Source: Nitrosopumilus sp. (GTDB lineage: Archaea; Thermoproteota; Nitrososphaeria; Nitrososphaerales; Nitrosopumilaceae). From it: a stretch of 64,000 nt of DNA. Location of the stretch: positions 352,001-416,000 of the forward strand of contig OZ245003.1 in assembly GCA_965223425.1 (NCBI GenBank). Reading direction: 5' to 3'. The notes beneath the pieces are model-generated. The model ran no database searches, was not told the DNA's origin, and was given only the letters and a program-made list of their open reading frames with translations. Made by a program: the position numbers and the translations under genes. Positions 40,136-50,883 of the stretch are shown here, piece by piece. The stretch's first letter is position 1; every line of letters begins with the position of its first letter.

Positions 40136-41015
40136 TTTTCAGACAAACTTGCTTTGAGCGGGTTAAATATGTAGTAATTGACAGGCATGATTCAAGTTCT
40201 GCTACATACTCGACTGATATCTTCTTGTGTTGCAGATCGAGTAATGAAATTAAATTATTATTTTCTAGGTTTGTTCCAGTAAGGATCTCGCATTTTGGAC
40301 AGATTGTAGGAACTCTTCGATCTCTGTTCTTGGAATCCATTTGTGGTCAGATCTTTCACAGACATTCTGCCCATCATGATCTCCCGTGCATTCTTCACGT
40401 AAGCACATGTCATAAATCCGTAGGGCCAAAACTGCATGAAAAACGCCCAATCACCTGAACTGTAGCATGCCTGAAAATCACTCAAACAAGTAGCAGAACT
40501 ATGTTCCAAGTTCTGCTAACTATTCGGCTGATTTCTTTTCATACTACAGATCGGCTGATAATGTGTAAAAACAGAAGTTGAGTACCTATCAAAAAGTAGG
40601 TACAGAAAGAGTATGTTTTTGTGTATAGACGTTATAGTAACCTAAACTTGTATCACTATTGTAATTTTGATTACTAATAGAAATACAATAATTTTGAAAT
40701 TCATTTGAATCTCCTCCTTTCATTATTAATTGACTGGTCTTTCCAGCTAAATCTATCCATTTAGGAATTATTGGACTCCTTATGTTTTCACCATCCATTG
40801 TTTGTCTTGGAGTCATTACATCTATAATGTCCCTTTTGATATATTATTGCTTGCCTTTTTGATTGCTGACTCTATCAAACCTTTTATAAAATAAAAACCA
40901 AATAACGCCAATGACTGTAAAACAGCCAAAAAAAGTAGATTCTTACAATAAAGAAAATCCTGCATATAATAAAACCAGTGCTAAAAAATCAAACAAATAA
41001 CATAACTCTGTCAAG

Positions 41016-41380
41016 TTATCTTGTTGCTTTTCTAGTATCTAATTCTATCAAACCTTTGATTTTATTTTTTTCTAAATCCATCTTGATTCCAGCTTGTTCT
41101 GCGGGGGTCTTACCCAAGCTTGAATGTTCTCTTACAAAGTTGTAATGAATCCTCATGGCTTCAATTAATTTCTGTGAAGATTCTCTAGTGTTCATACTAC
41201 GCATTACTTTTTCTCTGTCTCTCATAGTTCTGTTAAGGTGTTCTACCCTAGAGTTTAATCTCTCGTTTCTTACTGATATACTTCGAATATTTTTTACTCT
41301 AGGATTTTTCATTGCATGAAATTCCTTTTGAAATGCCTTGTCATAAGAGAAAAGCCCATTCTTCCAAGCACATTAGTCAT
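41016..41380 (-). pseudogene. IS6-family transposase remnant (internally deleted)
   Basis: GLFSYDKAF...NSRVEHLNRTMRDREK...HYNFVREHSSLGKTPAEQAG. Confidence 0.75.
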
Positions 41381-41467
41381 TGATAGTTCTTTTCCGTTCA
41401 AACCAAATGAGCAATTAACGATTAAAATTAACAAAAATACACTAGTGATTTCTAAACCCTGAAATTT

Positions 41468-42460
41468 TTAGGTTTTCTTTTCTTCGTTTTTTAATTTAGT
41501 GAATTTTCGAATATCTTGATTTTTGCCTAACCATTCTTTTACAAATGTTCTCAATGGATCAGGATTAATACGATGATAAAATACCTCATACGTTTTCTCA
41601 TCAATTTTTTTAGCTCTTTTTAGTTTAACAAGACCATCCATAGCCTTATTGATCCATCTTTTATGTGGAAAACAGGAACTGGGAGAAGACAAGTATGTTT
41701 TACATTCTTCTAAAATTTCATCTACTGTAATTGTTATTTCAATTGTTTTTTTACCGCCTGCTTGTCTATACATTTCAGGTGTAACTTTATTGGAGAAAAT
41801 TTTATCCCATAAGATACTCATAGTATATGGAAGTTCAGGTTCAGAATCATAGAACCACAATGTACTCAATTCTATTACGACATCATCTGCTCGTACTTCA
41901 ATTGGATCTGTACTTATATATTTATCCAAAATTTTATTGGTTAATTGTCCCCATATTTTTCGTAACATAAAAAATGTATGTCTTTCGGAATCACGTACAA
42001 ACTCCACAATAGATAAAGGACGTGTAAAAGTTACTTCATTTTCTTGGATTTTAGATTCGATAAAATTTTTCAAACTTCCACTTATAGATATATGTGTCAG
42101 AAGCATAATGTCATGGTTTTTCACGTCTTTTGTTACCCAATTACTTAATTCATCATCATACTTTTCAATTTGTTTTATATCACGTAACCATCGTTCATGA
42201 TCTCTTGGAAAACTTTTTTTAACTTCACCAACTAGATCTAAATTCTTTCCTTGAACGACAATATCAGGAGTTATGGAATCTTCTGTTTGTATTCTATTTT
42301 GTGCACTAGGTTGCAATCTATGACCAATACGAAATTCAGCTTGATAATGTTGCGTTAGAATTAATCCTAATGCACCAATAACTCCTACTGTTTGTTTGTA
42401 ATTATCGATTTTATCTAATACTTGTTCGATATTAGCTTCCTGACTTGATATATCCTTCAT
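41468..42460 (-). CDS. PD-(D/E)xK nuclease-like protein with C-terminal winged helix
   Basis: TPDIVVQ...VGEVKKS...QIEKY; C-terminal TVDEILE...WINKAMDGLVKLKRA. Confidence 0.65.
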   Translation of the reverse strand: MKDISSQEANIEQVLDKIDNYKQTVGVIGALGLILTQHYQAEFRIGHRLQPSAQNRIQTEDSITPDIVVQGKNLDLVGEVKKSFPRDHERWLRDIKQIEKYDDELSNWVTKDVKNHDIMLLTHISISGSLKNFIESKIQENEVTFTRPLSIVEFVRDSERHTFFMLRKIWGQLTNKILDKYISTDPIEVRADDVVIELSTLWFYDSEPELPYTMSILWDKIFSNKVTPEMYRQAGGKKTIEITITVDEILEECKTYLSSPSSCFPHKRWINKAMDGLVKLKRAKKIDEKTYEVFYHRINPDPLRTFVKEWLGKNQDIRKFTKLKNEEKKT

Positions 42461-43568
42461 ATTCTCGTACTTTTCCTTCTCTAAATCGTTCAAATATGTG
42501 GTTCATTAAACGAGCCACAGATGATTGGCTTGCTCTTAATTGGGGAACAATTGTGATTCTATTTGCAGATAAAACCCAAATATCAAATGACGAACCATCC
42601 AAATAATCTACTAATGAAATGTGAACATATGGATTAGAATGATATACACTTGTTGACGCATATGACATCTTTTTAACACTTTCAATAAATCGATGATTTT
42701 GATCTACATTCTCAAATACATCATAATCTAGATCAATTACTAATGGCGATGGTTTTGCTTTATTTTCAGTTCTGGAACGATTTGAATAAAGTTTGAATTT
42801 CTTTTCAATGATTTCAATTATGTGAGGCATTATCATCTGATAAAATGGGGAAAAGGCATCTCGAAATTTAAACAGTCCTCCTCTAGAAAAATAACCTCCC
42901 ATACTTATGACGTCCTTTTTCAATAAATGGAATTGAACCTTATCAATCCATTGATCATTAGCAAAGGCATCATCAAATGATTCTCTGTAAGGTCTTCCAG
43001 TATATGTTACAGCTGATTCTTTAGAATCCACACTTTGTTCTTTTCGTTTTGTTTTTCTATTGTAAACTATTTTATGAGCTATTCGTTTATACGCTGTTAT
43101 CCTGTCCACAATAATCTCTCCTTCAGTTGCATTTTCTAGTTTTTCTAAAATTTGTTGAATCTCACTTGAACTTAGAAAGGCTAGTGAGATTTCTGGATAA
43201 AATGAATTGATAAAAGGTCTTAAAACAGATTCAACAAATAAACGAGGTTCATCAGTAACTGCAAAATATACTTCTGGTTTAGGTGTATTTACTATCAAAA
43301 CATTCCCAAATTGTTCAGAATCTTTTTTGGCTACTCTAATAGAAAAAATACTATTTGTTTTATTCCCATCCCCAAAATCAACAACGAATCTTGGTGATTT
43401 TATATTTTTTATGTTTTGAAAAATATCTTTTTTTGAAACAAGTAAAAACATACTAATCTGGTATTTTCGGTTTCTGTGTAACATTTCGTCTATGTATCCC
43501 GCACATGTATCCGAATCATCATGAGTTTGTTTATACAACCAATATTCACTACCGTATTTTTCCCACAT
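42432..43568 (-). CDS. Hypothetical 378-aa protein, coupled to the nuclease gene
   Basis: Long AT-rich ORF overlapping the downstream gene; no family recognised. Confidence 0.8.
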   Translation of the reverse strand: MWEKYGSEYWLYKQTHDDSDTCAGYIDEMLHRNRKYQISMFLLVSKKDIFQNIKNIKSPRFVVDFGDGNKTNSIFSIRVAKKDSEQFGNVLIVNTPKPEVYFAVTDEPRLFVESVLRPFINSFYPEISLAFLSSSEIQQILEKLENATEGEIIVDRITAYKRIAHKIVYNRKTKRKEQSVDSKESAVTYTGRPYRESFDDAFANDQWIDKVQFHLLKKDVISMGGYFSRGGLFKFRDAFSPFYQMIMPHIIEIIEKKFKLYSNRSRTENKAKPSPLVIDLDYDVFENVDQNHRFIESVKKMSYASTSVYHSNPYVHISLVDYLDGSSFDIWVLSANRITIVPQLRASQSSVARLMNHIFERFREGKVREYEGYIKSGS

Positions 43569-43754
43569 GGAACACTCTTGTCAATATCTGGTTGATATAA
43601 CTTTATAATGAGAATTGCAAAAATTATCAAATCTTTTTTAAAATATGTTTTAATTATCAATTTTTCACAAATTTTCTCCATTTCAGTCGAATTGAAGCAA
43701 GACAAGAAATCAGTCATTTTCGTAATAGAACTATACCCCACAACACTAAAATAT

Positions 43755-43778
43755 ATCACTAGTGATATCACTAGTGAT
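43755..43778. promoter_or_regulatory. 24-bp palindrome (ATCACTAGTGAT x2) at the padR start
   Basis: Read directly; overlaps the ATG at 43777. Confidence 0.55.
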
Positions 43779-44286
43779 GATTTCTGAATGGTTTCAGAGA
43801 GTTGGAAGTTCAATCCCTAGAGGATTTTCAAGATATTTCATTTTAGAACTGCTAAAAAAGAAACCACGTACTGGAAAAGAGATTATCGATTACGCCGTTG
43901 AACAAAGTAATGGTATTTGGAAGCCATCTCCGGGATTGATCTATCCTTTGTTGGGTAGATTGCTTGATGAAGGATTAATTGAAGAAACTAAAGATGGAAA
44001 ATACCAACTAACAGAAAAAGGAAATGAAACATCAGAGGATGTAGACAAGATTAATGACATTGTCCGAAAGCAGTTGGATGTTTTATTTAGATTAGGTAAT
44101 GTGGGTAGATTTGTTGCAATGGATCTATTAGAAAAGATTTCAGCAATGGGTTCCATTCTAAGCTCAAATTTTGCCCATATGACTGAAGAGGAGACAAAGA
44201 AATACAAACAATTTCTTGAATCAGAATTAAAGAAAATTCAGGAAAAAGATGTAAAGAAGAAAGGCAAAAAAATCAAGATCGAATAG
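43777..44286 (+). CDS. PadR-family transcriptional regulator
   Basis: ILELL..KPRTGKEI...WKPSPGLIYPLLGRL...YQLTEKG. Confidence 0.9.
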   Translation: MISEWFQRVGSSIPRGFSRYFILELLKKKPRTGKEIIDYAVEQSNGIWKPSPGLIYPLLGRLLDEGLIEETKDGKYQLTEKGNETSEDVDKINDIVRKQLDVLFRLGNVGRFVAMDLLEKISAMGSILSSNFAHMTEEETKKYKQFLESELKKIQEKDVKKKGKKIKIE

Positions 44287-44396
44287 AAACATAAGAAAAA
44301 GTACTAAAATCAATTCCCATCAAAATCCAAATCCGCCAAGCAGTTTTGCAGAATTTATGATTAAAATCATAAATAATTCATAGAAAGAACAAAATT

Positions 44397-45263
44397 ATGA
44401 AAAACTTGAAAAACATGTTAAAATCAAGAAAACCGCTTGTTATTCCGGGAATATATGATGCATTAGGGGCAAAGATTGCTCAAAAAGTTGGATTTGATGC
44501 AATGTTCCAAACAGGTTATGGAACATCTGCTACTCTGTTTGGAATGCCTGATTATGGGTTTATTGGAGCAACAGAAACAGTAGATAATGCTAGACGGATA
44601 TGTGGAGCAGTTTCAGTTCCCGTAATTGTGGATTCAGATACGGGGTATGGAAATGCATTAAGCGTATGGAAACTAGTACAGGAATTAGAATCAGCAGGGG
44701 CTTCAGGAATTTTTCTTGAAGATCAAAGATGGCCTAAAAGATGCGGACATATGCAAGGAAAAGAAGTAATTCCACAAGAAGAGTACACTGAAAAATTATC
44801 AGCCGCACTAGATGCAAGAGAAGGCAAAGATTTCATAGTTGTTGCAAGAACAGATGCAAGAGCCACCGAAGGACTAGATGCAGCCATTGAGCGTGGAAAA
44901 CAAAATAAGAAAACAGGGGCAAGTGCAATATTTGTTGAAGCGCCAAGATCGTTAGACGAAATGAAAAAGATTGGAAAGGAAATCAATGCACCATTAGTTG
45001 CAAACATGATCGAAGGCGGAGCGACTCCATTAAGCTCTGCTGAAACGTTAAGCAAGATGGGATTTAAAATAATTCTTTACCCGCTATCTGTTTTGTATGC
45101 CAATACATTTGCAACCATGAATATTCTAAAAGAGCTAAAGAAATCAGGAAATACCACAAAGTATAAACAAAAAGTTGTGAATTTTGACCAGTTCAATGAT
45201 CTGGTGGAACTTCCAAAGTTCCGAAAGATGGAAAGGAAGTTTGGAAATTTAAAAAGAGAATAA
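44397..45263 (+). CDS. Isocitrate lyase/PEP mutase family (methylisocitrate lyase-like)
   Basis: DSDTGYG, EDQ..PKRCGH and ARTDA motifs. Confidence 0.9.
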   Translation: MKNLKNMLKSRKPLVIPGIYDALGAKIAQKVGFDAMFQTGYGTSATLFGMPDYGFIGATETVDNARRICGAVSVPVIVDSDTGYGNALSVWKLVQELESAGASGIFLEDQRWPKRCGHMQGKEVIPQEEYTEKLSAALDAREGKDFIVVARTDARATEGLDAAIERGKQNKKTGASAIFVEAPRSLDEMKKIGKEINAPLVANMIEGGATPLSSAETLSKMGFKIILYPLSVLYANTFATMNILKELKKSGNTTKYKQKVVNFDQFNDLVELPKFRKMERKFGNLKRE

Positions 45264-45289
45264 AAAGAAAAATTTCAAGTAAAGAAGAG

Positions 45290-45577
45290 TTATGTTGTGT
45301 TTCTCTTTACTTCAATTTCTATTGTTGAAACGTTTCTGGTTCTGCCGTCTTGTGACTCTAGTGACTCTGAGCCAATTTTAATATCCCCGATAGAGTAGCC
45401 TGCATTTTCTGTTTTTCGTGCAATGATTTGAGCTACATCTACAGCACGACCTATGCTGAGTCCTCTAGCTTTGATGTTGACGGTCGGTAAGTTTGCCAAT
45501 TGAATTAGCGTTGATGTAACATATGCCATCAATGGTTTCTTACCGATGAATATAGTGTCTCTGGCTTCGTTTGACAT
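45290..45577 (-). CDS. albA: Chromatin protein Alba
   Basis: IGKKPLMAYV...KARG.SI.RAVDVA...VSTIEI. Confidence 0.95.
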   Translation of the reverse strand: MSNEARDTIFIGKKPLMAYVTSTLIQLANLPTVNIKARGLSIGRAVDVAQIIARKTENAGYSIGDIKIGSESLESQDGRTRNVSTIEIEVKRNTT

Positions 45578-45692
45578 GGGAAATTTGGCATTTAGGGATA
45601 ATTTAAAGCTAAAAGGGTTTTTTTGAATATGATGAAAATTTTTTGAAAGATTTGAACTATTATTAACTAGAAAAGAGTAATTTATTCAGAAT

Positions 45693-46232
45693 TTGGAAAA
45701 TATCTCAAAAGTTTTAGAATTAGGAAGTTGTGAAGAAAAAATCAGAATCTTAGAAACTTTGGATCGTACTGACAGTCCAGAAATTTTAGAAAAGATAATT
45801 TCAAGATTAGATGATGATGATATTCAAGTTAGAGGGGAGGCATTTAGTTCACTTGTGTTAAACGAAAACAAGATTTCAAATTTTTTAATTAAAAGTTTGA
45901 GTTCTGCAAGTAAAAACATCAGGGGCTTTGCATCATTGGTATTGGCAAACAGAAATGAAACGTCTGCAATTCCGGAAATAATAAAACTTGCAAGCGATGA
46001 GCGTTCCATGGTTAGATCATGCGCAATTGGGGCATTAGGATATCTCAGAGCTCAAGATGCCAAAGAGATTTTTCTTAAATCCCTTTTAGACTCTAATTTG
46101 GAAGTAAGGAAAAGTGCCATGCAAGCAATCATTGATCTAAATATCATAATTTCAGAAAATCAGATAAGTGAAATTACTAAAGAAAAAGATCCTGAAATAG
46201 AAAAACTACTTTCTATGTTGAAAAAAATATGA
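45693..46232 (+). CDS. HEAT-repeat protein
   Basis: Repeated D....VR..A...L units. Confidence 0.85.
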   Translation: MENISKVLELGSCEEKIRILETLDRTDSPEILEKIISRLDDDDIQVRGEAFSSLVLNENKISNFLIKSLSSASKNIRGFASLVLANRNETSAIPEIIKLASDERSMVRSCAIGALGYLRAQDAKEIFLKSLLDSNLEVRKSAMQAIIDLNIIISENQISEITKEKDPEIEKLLSMLKKI

Positions 46233-46601
46233 TCAACCAGATGGGTATTATTGCCCATGTGGTCTCTCTCTTTTACGTTCTGATACTTGATGTGCGTATC
46301 AATGAGGAATGGCATTGCCGGTAGGCAATTTACCTGAAAAGTGTCAGTAGATACCTGTTCGTATTTTTAATTATAAATCAAAAATATGCCCGCAGTTGAC
46401 ACATCCTCTACTACATCATGATTCAAACCAGGCATCCGTATTTTTTGCCCATGAGTGCTTGTGCACCATCCTGATTGATCATGTGGATGCCACGACTACC
46501 GACGGGTAAAATCTAGATGATTTCCAGAGCAGCAGCCTGTTTTTATTAATGTATAAGAAACAGATGAATCACATATAAAATTAAAATCCATGGTTTAAGG
46601 G

Positions 46602-48161
46602 ATGTCTACATTTTTAGAAAAGAAAAACCCAGTCAAAGTTTCACTGATAGTTTTTCTTGCATCTTTGGGAATAGGCATAATTTCATTGGGCATACTATAT
46701 GTTTTAGATAATTACTCCCTGTTATACTATGGAGATGCAATATCACACCTAATTAATGCACGACGATTTGTAGATGCTGCAGAACCTGGAATAGGACAAA
46801 TGATAACAGTCTGGCTGCCCCTGCCGCATGTTATGATGCTGCCGTTTTCCATGATTGACTCTTTGTTTGTAACAGGTCTTACGGGAACTATTGTTAATCT
46901 GCCATTACATGCACTAACTGCAGTTTTCATATTCAAACTTGTTCAAGGTCAGACCAAAAAACAATGGATAGCAATAGCCGGGGCATTACTGTACGCAACA
47001 AACCCCAATCTGATTTATTTAGGAATTACAGCAATGACTGAGGCGCCGTTTATGCTATTTTTTGTAGGATCTGCATATTTTTTACAAAGATGGATTGTAA
47101 AACTTGCAGACAGTATTAATTTTAGATATATTTTGTATTGCTCAGTTTTTGTTTCCCTTGCAACATTATGCAGATATGAAGCATGGATATTGTCTATTGC
47201 TTTGATAATATTTACAGTTTATTTTGCAAGTAGAAAAATAAAACAAAGGAAGAAAATCATTCTCGTAATTCTGATTTCTCTGGTTTCAGGCACTGGAATT
47301 TTATTCTGGCTTGCTTGGAACGGAATTGCTTTTGGCGATCCACTAGAATTTGCAAATGCTGAATTTTATGCTGCAGCGTCACAAGCAGTTGAGCGAACCA
47401 ATCGAGACTCGTTGTTTTTGCAACCACAAAACGTTTTGTATATCTATGGAATGGCCGCATTCATGATATCAGGTCCTATCCTGCTAGCAATTGCTGTCAT
47501 CGGGTATTACTATTATTTAAGACAAAAAGAAAAAATTGCGTCAACGTTAGTGTGTGTATTTTTGTCATTACCAGCTTTGTTTACTATACTGACAATGATT
47601 GGAGGAATAGCAGAGATGAACCACTGGTGGTTTAATGCAAGATTTGCGACATTTTTGACACCACTGGTAATAGTTATGGCATGTATGGCATTATTTAGAT
47701 TAAAAGAACACATAAACAAAAAATCTGTAGCGGCAATAATTGTAGCTGGTCTTTTTGTTTTTCAGCTTTCTAGTCCAACTTTTGGCGTCGTAACATTTGC
47801 AGATGCAAAACAGGGCTCTGAATACAAACAAGCACCATACTCAAGACAAGTAGCCGATTATTTGAAAGAAAATTATGATGATGGAAACATAATGATCATT
47901 ACAGGCTCTGCACAGGCACATAAAATCATGATCTCATCTGGGATTTCCCTGGCAACATTTGACGAAGTAACAGAATCTGATCTTCACAAGCCATCATACA
48001 AAGAGCCTTGGAAATACGATGACTGGTTTATTATTGGATTGGAGCCTGATTCTGATTCTGTAACTGCGGTAAATTATTGGACTAGCAACATTGAACAAAT
48101 CAACAGTCATTACTCTCTAGCGTATGAGAATCAGTATTACAGAGTCTTCAAGATTCTATGA
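46602..48161 (+). CDS. GT-C (PMT/ArnT-like) membrane glycosyltransferase
   Basis: GDAISHL..ARR, WLPLPH, MTEAP and RYEAW motifs; many TM. Confidence 0.8.
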   Translation: MSTFLEKKNPVKVSLIVFLASLGIGIISLGILYVLDNYSLLYYGDAISHLINARRFVDAAEPGIGQMITVWLPLPHVMMLPFSMIDSLFVTGLTGTIVNLPLHALTAVFIFKLVQGQTKKQWIAIAGALLYATNPNLIYLGITAMTEAPFMLFFVGSAYFLQRWIVKLADSINFRYILYCSVFVSLATLCRYEAWILSIALIIFTVYFASRKIKQRKKIILVILISLVSGTGILFWLAWNGIAFGDPLEFANAEFYAAASQAVERTNRDSLFLQPQNVLYIYGMAAFMISGPILLAIAVIGYYYYLRQKEKIASTLVCVFLSLPALFTILTMIGGIAEMNHWWFNARFATFLTPLVIVMACMALFRLKEHINKKSVAAIIVAGLFVFQLSSPTFGVVTFADAKQGSEYKQAPYSRQVADYLKENYDDGNIMIITGSAQAHKIMISSGISLATFDEVTESDLHKPSYKEPWKYDDWFIIGLEPDSDSVTAVNYWTSNIEQINSHYSLAYENQYYRVFKIL

Positions 48162-48562
48162 TTAAGAAAAATACTATTTTTCAATATTCATACCCGACGA
48201 GGTTATCTGTAGACAATTCATGATAAAAAATGGAGGTTTATGGCCAATCATTAATGCTTTGGACTGTTCCAGTCTGCGGTGATTGTCCATCCTTCTTCTG
48301 GAGAATTATTGTATTTGTCCATCTTAACAATTTGGATCCTTTCATTCCCGTTGTGAATAGTGTTTTTTTGACCGTTGGCGCTTTGTACATTGTCAGAACC
48401 GTCATTGAGGTCGTAATCATAGATTTGCTTCACTATCTCTGACGTGATAATTAACATTACAAGCCTCAGCAATATTTTCTCAATCCTTGCAGAAACCTTC
48501 TCAATCGTCCTGAAATACCTGACATCAAAATCATCTGGAAACCTGATGAGGCTATGGGTTAA

Positions 48563-48865
48563 TCACTTTGCTTGAACAGAGCCTTTGATTCGTCTAAGCG
48601 AATATACTATCAAGCAGATGCCAGATATTCCATATCCAATAACCAGCAGCGACAGCTTCAGGTTAAAGTGGCATTCTTCTGCAGCTTCCTCTATACTACT
48701 GTCCATTAATGATTGTGAATACTCCACGGTCTCCAACATGCAGTGATACGTAAACAGATGGACCGTGTTTACATCCCCTAGAAGTTGCGGAAATGAGGAA
48801 AAAAATGAAAACAAGCACAGTAAAAAGATCCCAGAGAGCAACAGGGCAAATGTTTTTTTGAACAT
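48563..48865 (-). CDS. Small 2-TM hypothetical protein
   Basis: ORF track; hydrophobic ends. Confidence 0.5.
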   Translation of the reverse strand: MFKKTFALLLSGIFLLCLFSFFSSFPQLLGDVNTVHLFTYHCMLETVEYSQSLMDSSIEEAAEECHFNLKLSLLVIGYGISGICLIVYSLRRIKGSVQAK

Positions 48866-49147
48866 GATAAAAAGAGAGGGTTATGGATATTCATTAATGC
48901 TTCGGACTGTCCAATCTGCGGTGATTGTCCATGGAGTCTCATTTGGAATTTCACTGTTCAAGTCCTCGTAAAGACTTGTGGTATCTCTCCAAGAAATCGT
49001 TGCAGATACTTGTATAGTGTCTTTTTGTTCCAGCATTTTTTATGCCATCAAGAAACTTTTCGTGGGAGATACGTCTTGAGACATTGTCTTCAAATCAATT
49101 TTTAACATACGTTTTCCATGCCTAGAATCTAATTCAAGCACTAAGGG

Positions 49148-49224
49148 TGGTGGACCGGAAGGGATTCGAACCCTTGATCCGATGCATGCCATGCACCTAT
49201 CCTACCAGACTAGACGACCGGCCC
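49148..49224 (-). tRNA. tRNA-Ala(GGC)
   Basis: GGGCCGG...CCGGTCCACCA; anticodon loop ATGGCAT. Confidence 0.93.
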
Positions 49225-49349
49225 AACTATCAGAATTCTGATTGAATAATATTTTTCAAAGTGGGTATTAACGTTTAGCGATTTAATTGAAATCATCGTT
49301 ATGAAATTAACACAATATATTTAACCATGGGTATGATGATCGGATCGTT

Positions 49350-50195
49350 ATGGTAGTAGATAACAAGGCAACTGTTACCTATGTTCAATTGTTAAAAGAA
49401 GATCTTGTAATCATTAGACTAGTTCCAAAAGAATGCCCAGTTCCAGATTTTGAAGCTGGTCAATTTATCACACTAGGATTACCAAATCCTGTAGAAGGTG
49501 GAAAGATTGTTAGGCGTGCATACTCGATTGCATCTCATCCACAGAATAAAGATTACGTCGAACTTGTAATTAGATGGGTTAGAAAACCACTTCCGGGTAG
49601 ATTAACTACGCAGTTGTTTAATCTAAAAGAAGGAGATGAAATTCTTTGGTTAAAACCTACTGGTAAAGCATTAACGATTAGCGAAGAACTTCCAAATGGA
49701 GAAAAAGATAACAGAAGAATTGTTTGTATAGGCGGAGGGACAGGACTTGCACCGTTTGTCAGTTTTGCACAGTATTTTCACGATACTGGAGATAAACGTG
49801 AAATCATAGTTTTACAAGGTGCCAGCTATGTTGATGAGTTAAGTTACAAAGATTTGCTAACTGGTCTTGAAAATGAGAGTATAGCTAGAGGAAAAGATGA
49901 ATGGAACTTCAAGTACAGAGCCGCAATCAGTAGGCCCCAAGAGTGGTTTAACAGATCATGGGGTGGCCAAATTGGAAGAGTTGAGACATTCCTAAGACCC
50001 AGAGAGGATGGAACATCACCATTAGAAGAATTAGTTGGAGAGAAAATTACCAAAGATAATACAATATTCTATGTTTGCGGTTGGCAAGGAACAATAGATG
50101 GCGTGATGGACTTTTTGAAACCAAAAGGATTCGTTTCAGAACATGACAAACGTGAAGACGGAAGTTTTGAAGTCAAATACGAATCATATGGATAG
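49350..50195 (+). CDS. Ferredoxin-NADP+ reductase (FNR-like)
   Basis: RAYSIAS, GGTGLAPF and YVCG motifs. Confidence 0.9.
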   Translation: MVVDNKATVTYVQLLKEDLVIIRLVPKECPVPDFEAGQFITLGLPNPVEGGKIVRRAYSIASHPQNKDYVELVIRWVRKPLPGRLTTQLFNLKEGDEILWLKPTGKALTISEELPNGEKDNRRIVCIGGGTGLAPFVSFAQYFHDTGDKREIIVLQGASYVDELSYKDLLTGLENESIARGKDEWNFKYRAAISRPQEWFNRSWGGQIGRVETFLRPREDGTSPLEELVGEKITKDNTIFYVCGWQGTIDGVMDFLKPKGFVSEHDKREDGSFEVKYESYG

Positions 50196-50246
50196 AGTTT
50201 TTAAAAAATCAATCATTGAAATATGAGATTTATTTAGTGATTATAA

Positions 50247-50849
50247 TTGATTACTGCACTATACCTTGCACATCTTAATCCAGTAACACATGCACATGTT
50301 GAAATTATTTCAGAGTTGAAAAAAGAAGCTGACATCATCAAAGTTATGCCCGTAGTTTTCAAAGATGATGAACGAGAAGTCAACAGTAAAAGTTTTCCAT
50401 TTAATTTTGAAACGAGAAAGAAAATGCTCATGTCCGTTTTTGACGATTCAATCCAAATTACAGATGACTATACATTTTTTGCCCCATTTAAAAAATACTT
50501 GCCACCTTTAGTCAGATCAAGATCATGGAAATTAAGAAAGCAAATTATGCGAGGAGTTGAAGGGGAATTTTTTTCCTACACGGGGGACAAAACTGAAGGA
50601 TATATGCTGAAAATGTACGGACTAAAACCAAGAGTAGGAGAAAGAAAAGTGCTTTCTGCATCATCAGTTAAAGAAAAATTATTTGATGCCGCACTTGGAA
50701 AAGAATCATCATGGAAAAAAGATGTACCAGAAAGCATATTTAAAATAATTGAAGATGATTGGAAAACAGTAGAAAAATTTGCAAATATGGAAGATGCAAC
50801 CACCAGAGTTGCAGGAATGAAGTTTCCCAAGGAAGGATGGTCAAAATAA
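50247..50849 (+). CDS. Nucleotidyltransferase (HIGH-superfamily)-like protein
   Basis: HLNPVTHAH and SASSVK motifs. Confidence 0.7.
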   Translation: MITALYLAHLNPVTHAHVEIISELKKEADIIKVMPVVFKDDEREVNSKSFPFNFETRKKMLMSVFDDSIQITDDYTFFAPFKKYLPPLVRSRSWKLRKQIMRGVEGEFFSYTGDKTEGYMLKMYGLKPRVGERKVLSASSVKEKLFDAALGKESSWKKDVPESIFKIIEDDWKTVEKFANMEDATTRVAGMKFPKEGWSK

Positions 50850-50883
50850 ATAGAGATTAATACACATCCAGTAAAAATTTTCT

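Noticed and set aside
40113-41000. Several short ORFs upstream of sdhA
   Set aside because: No recognisable motifs; probably island-edge debris.
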